Origin: Escherichia coli
GTDB taxonomy: Bacteria > Pseudomonadota > Gammaproteobacteria > Enterobacterales > Enterobacteriaceae
Strand: one strand, 5' to 3'
Assembly (NCBI RefSeq): GCF_051903065.1
Contig: NZ_CP178438.1
DNA length: 64,000 nucleotides
Both the position numbers and the translations under genes were made by a program. The stretch's first letter is position 1; every line of letters begins with the position of its first letter. Below are positions 57,527 through 64,000 of the stretch, in pieces. The notes beneath the pieces were generated by a model. It was not told the origin of the DNA. It worked only from the letters and a program-made list of their open reading frames with translations, and did not search any database.

Positions 57527-58435
57527 ATGATGTTAAGTAAGAAAAACAGCGAGACGCTGGAAAATTTCAGTGAAAAGCTGGAGGTCGAAGGGCGCAGCTT
57601 GTGGCAGGACGCACGTCGACGTTTTATGCATAACCGTGCGGCGGTTGCCAGTCTGATAGTGCTGGTGCTGATCGCGTTATTTGTAATCCTGGCACCGATG
57701 CTTTCGCAGTTTGCCTATGACGATACTGACTGGGCGATGATGTCCAGCGCACCGGATATGGAGTCAGGTCACTACTTTGGTACTGACTCATCCGGTCGCG
57801 ACCTGCTTGTGCGCGTTGCGATTGGTGGGCGTATCTCACTCATGGTCGGTGTTGCTGCGGCACTGGTGGCAGTGGTCGTGGGGACACTTTATGGTTCGCT
57901 TTCCGGTTATCTGGGCGGTAAGATGGATTCGGTAATGATGCGTCTGCTGGAAATCCTCAACTCCTTCCCATTCATGTTCTTCGTCATTTTGCTGGTGACC
58001 TTTTTCGGCCAAAACATCCTGCTGATTTTCGTGGCGATAGGCATGGTTTCCTGGCTGGATATGGCTCGTATTGTGCGTGGGCAAACCCTGAGTCTGAAGC
58101 GCAAAGAGTTTATTGAGGCGGCACAAGTTGGCGGTGTATCGACGCCGGGCATTGTTATTCGCCACATTGTGCCGAACGTACTCGGTGTGGTGGTGGTCTA
58201 CGCATCGCTACTGGTGCCCAGCATGATCCTCTTTGAATCTTTCCTTAGCTTCCTGGGGTTGGGTACGCAAGAGCCGTTAAGCAGCTGGGGGGCATTGCTG
58301 AGTGATGGCGCGAACTCGATGGAAGTCTCTCCATGGTTACTGTTGTTCCCAGCGGGATTCCTCGTGGTGACGCTGTTTTGTTTCAACTTTATCGGCGATG
58401 GCTTGCGTGATGCCCTCGACCCGAAAGATCGTTAA
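57527..58435 (+). CDS. oppC: oligopeptide ABC transporter permease OppC
   Basis: 302-aa polytopic ORF. Confidence 0.96.
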   Translation: MMLSKKNSETLENFSEKLEVEGRSLWQDARRRFMHNRAAVASLIVLVLIALFVILAPMLSQFAYDDTDWAMMSSAPDMESGHYFGTDSSGRDLLVRVAIGGRISLMVGVAAALVAVVVGTLYGSLSGYLGGKMDSVMMRLLEILNSFPFMFFVILLVTFFGQNILLIFVAIGMVSWLDMARIVRGQTLSLKRKEFIEAAQVGGVSTPGIVIRHIVPNVLGVVVVYASLLVPSMILFESFLSFLGLGTQEPLSSWGALLSDGANSMEVSPWLLLFPAGFLVVTLFCFNFIGDGLRDALDPKDR

Positions 58436-58446
58436 GGAGTGCAGCC

Positions 58447-59460
58447 ATGAGCGTAATTGAAACTGCAACTGTGCCGCTCGCACAACAACAGGCTGACGCA
58501 CTGCTGAACGTGAAAGATTTGCGTGTCACCTTTAGTACCCCGGACGGCGACGTCACGGCGGTCAATGATTTAAATTTTTCCCTACGTGCCGGAGAAACGC
58601 TGGGCATTGTAGGTGAGTCTGGTTCGGGTAAATCGCAAACTGCATTTGCGTTGATGGGCCTGTTGGCTGCCAACGGACGCATTGGCGGATCGGCAACCTT
58701 CAATGGGCGTGAAATCCTCAATTTGCCAGAGCGTGAACTCAATAAACTGCGCGCTGAACAAATCTCAATGATTTTTCAGGACCCAATGACTTCGTTGAAT
58801 CCCTATATGCGCGTCGGTGAGCAGTTGATGGAAGTGCTGATGCTGCATAAGAACATGAGCAAAGCTGAGGCGTTTGAAGAGTCGGTGCGGATGCTCGATG
58901 CGGTAAAAATGCCGGAAGCGCGTAAACGCATGAAAATGTACCCGCACGAATTTTCTGGCGGCATGCGTCAGCGAGTCATGATTGCGATGGCATTGCTATG
59001 TCGGCCTAAGCTGCTGATTGCGGATGAACCCACTACTGCGCTGGACGTCACCGTACAGGCGCAGATCATGACGCTATTAAATGAACTGAAGCGGGAATTT
59101 AATACCGCCATCATTATGATCACCCACGATCTTGGCGTGGTGGCGGGGATCTGCGACAAAGTGCTGGTAATGTACGCCGGGCGCACGATGGAATATGGCA
59201 ACGCGCGCGATGTCTTTTATCAACCTGTTCATCCTTATTCTATCGGTTTGCTCAACGCGGTGCCTCGTCTCGATGCGGAAGGTGAAACAATGTTGACTAT
59301 TCCGGGTAATCCGCCAAACCTGCTGCGATTACCGAAAGGTTGCCCGTTCCAGCCACGTTGTCCGCATGCGATGGAAATTTGTAGTAGCGCACCGCCGCTG
59401 GAAGAGTTTACGCCTGGCCGTCTGCGTGCTTGCTTTAAACCGGTGGAGGAACTGTTATGA
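58447..59460 (+). CDS. oppD: oligopeptide ABC transporter ATP-binding protein OppD
   Basis: 337-aa ORF with Walker A GESGSGKS and signature FSGGMRQR. Confidence 0.96.
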   Translation: MSVIETATVPLAQQQADALLNVKDLRVTFSTPDGDVTAVNDLNFSLRAGETLGIVGESGSGKSQTAFALMGLLAANGRIGGSATFNGREILNLPERELNKLRAEQISMIFQDPMTSLNPYMRVGEQLMEVLMLHKNMSKAEAFEESVRMLDAVKMPEARKRMKMYPHEFSGGMRQRVMIAMALLCRPKLLIADEPTTALDVTVQAQIMTLLNELKREFNTAIIMITHDLGVVAGICDKVLVMYAGRTMEYGNARDVFYQPVHPYSIGLLNAVPRLDAEGETMLTIPGNPPNLLRLPKGCPFQPRCPHAMEICSSAPPLEEFTPGRLRACFKPVEELL

Positions 59461-60461
59461 ATGCTGTAACCGAAGGAAGAAAAGTCCTCCTCGAAATCGC
59501 CGATCTGAAAGTGCACTTTGAAATCAAAGATGGCAAACAGTGGTTCTGGCAACCACCGAAAACTCTCAAAGCCGTAGATGGTGTAACTCTTCGCCTGTAT
59601 GAAGGGGAAACATTAGGTGTGGTAGGGGAATCGGGATGCGGTAAGTCCACCTTTGCTCGCGCCATCATCGGTTTGGTCAAGGCGACCGACGGTCATGTTG
59701 CCTGGTTAGGTAAAGAGTTGCTGGGCATGAAGCCCGATGAATGGCGTGCCGTTCGCAGTGATATTCAGATGATTTTCCAGGATCCGTTGGCATCGCTAAA
59801 CCCGCGTATGACCATCGGCGAGATCATCGCTGAACCACTGCGTACTTATCATCCGAAAATGTCACGCCAGGAAGTTCGCGAGCGCGTGAAGGCGATGATG
59901 CTGAAAGTCGGGTTATTGCCTAACCTGATTAACCGCTATCCGCATGAGTTCTCTGGTGGGCAGTGCCAGCGTATCGGGATTGCGCGTGCTCTTATTCTTG
60001 AACCGAAGCTGATTATCTGTGATGAGCCGGTATCGGCGCTGGACGTGTCAATTCAGGCACAGGTGGTCAACCTGCTCCAGCAGTTACAACGTGAGATGGG
60101 ATTGTCATTAATTTTTATCGCTCACGACCTGGCCGTGGTAAAACACATTTCCGATCGTGTGTTGGTGATGTATCTCGGCCATGCGGTAGAACTGGGGACC
60201 TATGATGAGGTCTACCACAATCCACTACATCCTTACACCAGGGCATTGATGTCGGCAGTCCCCATACCTGATCCGGATCTGGAGAAGAACAAAACCATCC
60301 AGTTACTGGAAGGGGAATTACCGTCGCCGATCAACCCGCCTTCCGGTTGTGTTTTTCGTACCCGTTGCCCGATTGCCGGTCCGGAGTGTGCCAAAACACG
60401 TCCTGTGCTGGAGGGGAGTTTCAGACACGCCGTTTCTTGCCTGAAAGTCGATCCGCTTTAA
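59457..60461 (+). CDS. oppF: oligopeptide ABC transporter ATP-binding protein OppF
   Basis: 334-aa ORF with Walker A GESGCGKST and signature FSGGQCQR; 4-nt overlap with oppD. Confidence 0.96.
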   Translation: MNAVTEGRKVLLEIADLKVHFEIKDGKQWFWQPPKTLKAVDGVTLRLYEGETLGVVGESGCGKSTFARAIIGLVKATDGHVAWLGKELLGMKPDEWRAVRSDIQMIFQDPLASLNPRMTIGEIIAEPLRTYHPKMSRQEVRERVKAMMLKVGLLPNLINRYPHEFSGGQCQRIGIARALILEPKLIICDEPVSALDVSIQAQVVNLLQQLQREMGLSLIFIAHDLAVVKHISDRVLVMYLGHAVELGTYDEVYHNPLHPYTRALMSAVPIPDPDLEKNKTIQLLEGELPSPINPPSGCVFRTRCPIAGPECAKTRPVLEGSFRHAVSCLKVDPL

Positions 60462-60465
60462 ACAC

Positions 60466-60495
60466 AAAAAGGGCTGACAGTTGTCAGCCCTTTTT
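60466..60495. terminator. bidirectional intrinsic terminator between oppF and yciU
   Basis: AAAAAGGGCTGACAGTTGTCAGCCCTTTTT: perfect hairpin flanked by A5 and T5. Confidence 0.7.
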
Positions 60496-60513
60496 CACGC
60501 CGAAAGTGATTAT

Positions 60514-62338
<1,825 letters not shown>

Positions 62339-62480
62339 AGATTAGAAATCCTTTTGAAAGCGCATTGTTATGAGTTTACGCATATGGATTCATCTGGCAA
62401 ATAAAAACGCGGGAAAAGCACTGGTCAGCGTCGGGGGCGGGGGTATAATGACCATTCTGTTATTGCATAGAGTAGTTAAC

Positions 62481-62654
62481 ATGAAGCGGAGTAGAACGGA
62501 AGTGGGGCGCTGGCGCATGCAGCGTCAGGCTAGCCGACGTAAATCGCGTTGGCTTGAGGGGCAATCGCGCCGAAATATGCGTATCCACAGCATCAGGAAG
62601 TGCATTCTAAACAAACAGCGTAACTCGTTATTGTTTGCGATCTACAATATCTAA
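62481..62654 (+). CDS. yciY: small basic protein YciY (57 aa)
   Basis: ATG at 62481 gives MKRSRTEVGRWRMQRQASRRKSRWLEGQSRRNMRIHSIRKCILNKQRNSLLFAIYNI; the ORF-track entry 62370..62654 is an upstream extension of it. Confidence 0.45.
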   Translation: MKRSRTEVGRWRMQRQASRRKSRWLEGQSRRNMRIHSIRKCILNKQRNSLLFAIYNI

Positions 62655-62708
62655 ATGTACTGGGCACCATTGCGGTGCCCAATAAGTTTACTCTTCCGTC
62701 TTTAAACT

Positions 62709-63962
62709 CTATTTTTGCGCCGATTCTTTACTGTCAGCTTTCGTTTCTTGTTCATCGTTATCGCTGAAAATGCCATGACCGGAGTTCAACAACATTGAAA
62801 CGAGCATATCATTATTAATCTCTTCACCATTTAAAACTCGCGCCAGAATTTCGCTGCCAAACAGTTGCGGTGAGAGAATGATATCCGGATGTACCATCTT
62901 AATCTTATTCAGGTTTTTGCTATCACTGACGGCGAGAACTGTTTTGACATCACTGCTCATATCTTTTGCCGAGAGTACAACAAACGCGTTATCTGCATCG
63001 TTATCACTCAGCGCCAGAATGGCCCGGCAACGATCGATTCCCGCTTTCTTTAATACAGAACTGTCATTACTGTCACCGGGGATAACATCAGCGTTATCGC
63101 CTAAGCGTTGCTCAAGTTGCTTGATATCATCTTCAGGCAAGTTGCTGATAACCGTTACGTTTTGTCCGCGTTGATTCAGTTGCAGGATCGTATTGATAGC
63201 GAGAATCGAATGTCCGCAAACAATAAAATGATCTTTACGATGCATTGTATGATTGTTTCCTTTTACAAGTTTGTTGAATCCCCCGCGGATAAGCGGACCA
63301 AAAATTGAGGTCATAGATGTGGCAAAAACGGTAATGCCGGAAATAATGACCGAAATAGTGAACAATCGTGCTGATTCAGAAACAGGGACAATATCTCCAT
63401 AGCCGACGGTTGACATGGTTTCTATCGAAAAATAGAACGCGGTCATCAAACTTTCTATTCGCGGATTAAAACCTTCGCTTAAATAAAGCGCACCGTAGGT
63501 TGAGTAAAACAGTAATGTCGTGAAACTAATAAATGCAAAAATTGTCCCGGCTGCGGCGCTACTGTGGGAGAAGTCTTTGCGCAGTATCAGCAAAAACACC
63601 AGCGTAAAAATGCAAAATCCAATACTAAATTTCAGCCAGGGATAAAAATGCAGGGTGTAAATTAGCGCTATCAACAACAAAATGATACTGATTGCCCATG
63701 CGAGCTTTGCCCGGAACAGTAAGCCAATGGAGTTCAGGACAAGAAAGACGCCGAGCATAAATAGTGGGGCGTTTGCCAGCAAGGAGAGATCCAACTCTGA
63801 AAATGCTTTGATATGGAAAATATCAAGCAAATTGACCGACATACCATAGATTGTTTTAAAAATAAGCAATCCATTTAAAAAGACGGCCAGCGCGAGAATG
63901 TCGTGCCGTAGGGTCACCCATAAATTTGTTGCTGTTTGTTTGAATGTAGCCCAGTGACTCAC
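62709..63962 (-). CDS. kch: voltage-gated K+ channel Kch (RCK/TrkA-N domain); GTG start
   Basis: ORF 62709..63980; recognised N-terminus (M)SHWATFKQTATNLWV at an in-frame GTG; selectivity filter TVGYGD present. Confidence 0.9.
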   Translation of the reverse strand: MSHWATFKQTATNLWVTLRHDILALAVFLNGLLIFKTIYGMSVNLLDIFHIKAFSELDLSLLANAPLFMLGVFLVLNSIGLLFRAKLAWAISIILLLIALIYTLHFYPWLKFSIGFCIFTLVFLLILRKDFSHSSAAAGTIFAFISFTTLLFYSTYGALYLSEGFNPRIESLMTAFYFSIETMSTVGYGDIVPVSESARLFTISVIISGITVFATSMTSIFGPLIRGGFNKLVKGNNHTMHRKDHFIVCGHSILAINTILQLNQRGQNVTVISNLPEDDIKQLEQRLGDNADVIPGDSNDSSVLKKAGIDRCRAILALSDNDADNAFVVLSAKDMSSDVKTVLAVSDSKNLNKIKMVHPDIILSPQLFGSEILARVLNGEEINNDMLVSMLLNSGHGIFSDNDEQETKADSKESAQK

Positions 63963-64000
63963 TGATACCTCTGTAACCACAATTTTGTTTAATTATCTTA

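Overview
This window reads as a contiguous Escherichia coli chromosomal segment whose gene order matches, from memory, the K-12 27-28 min region: treA (3' part), dhaMLK/dhaR, ycgV, ychF, pth, ychH, dauA, prs-ispE-lolB, hemA-prfA-prmC-sirB2-sirB1-kdsA, a triple ldr/rdl long-direct-repeat array, chaABC, ychN, ychO, narLX, narK, narGHJI, tyrT-tyrV, purU, ychJ, rssAB, galU, hns, tdk, adhE, ychE, oppABCDF, yciU, cls, yciY and kch. Nearly all coding capacity is well-known core metabolism, transport and regulation. Gene identities are assigned by recognising the translated ORFs; no database search was run. Several ORF-track entries carry spurious N-terminal extensions, and I trimmed those to the start that matches the known protein (some are GTG/TTG starts). 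The accessory content is limited to: an intact IS1 in the narK-narG intergenic region, about 30 bp upstream of the narG NarL-site cluster; an intact IS4 inserted into the palindromic tdk/adhE terminator with a 12-bp target duplication; the three-copy ldr/rdl type I toxin-antitoxin array, with a divergent third copy; a shortened tyrT 3' repeat region with an interrupted tpr-like frame; the ycgV autotransporter behind an 840-bp AT-rich region; and the invasin-like ychO. I see no sequence evidence for a novel multi-gene system here. The findings are strain-level structural variation and small regulatory or candidate elements worth checking.
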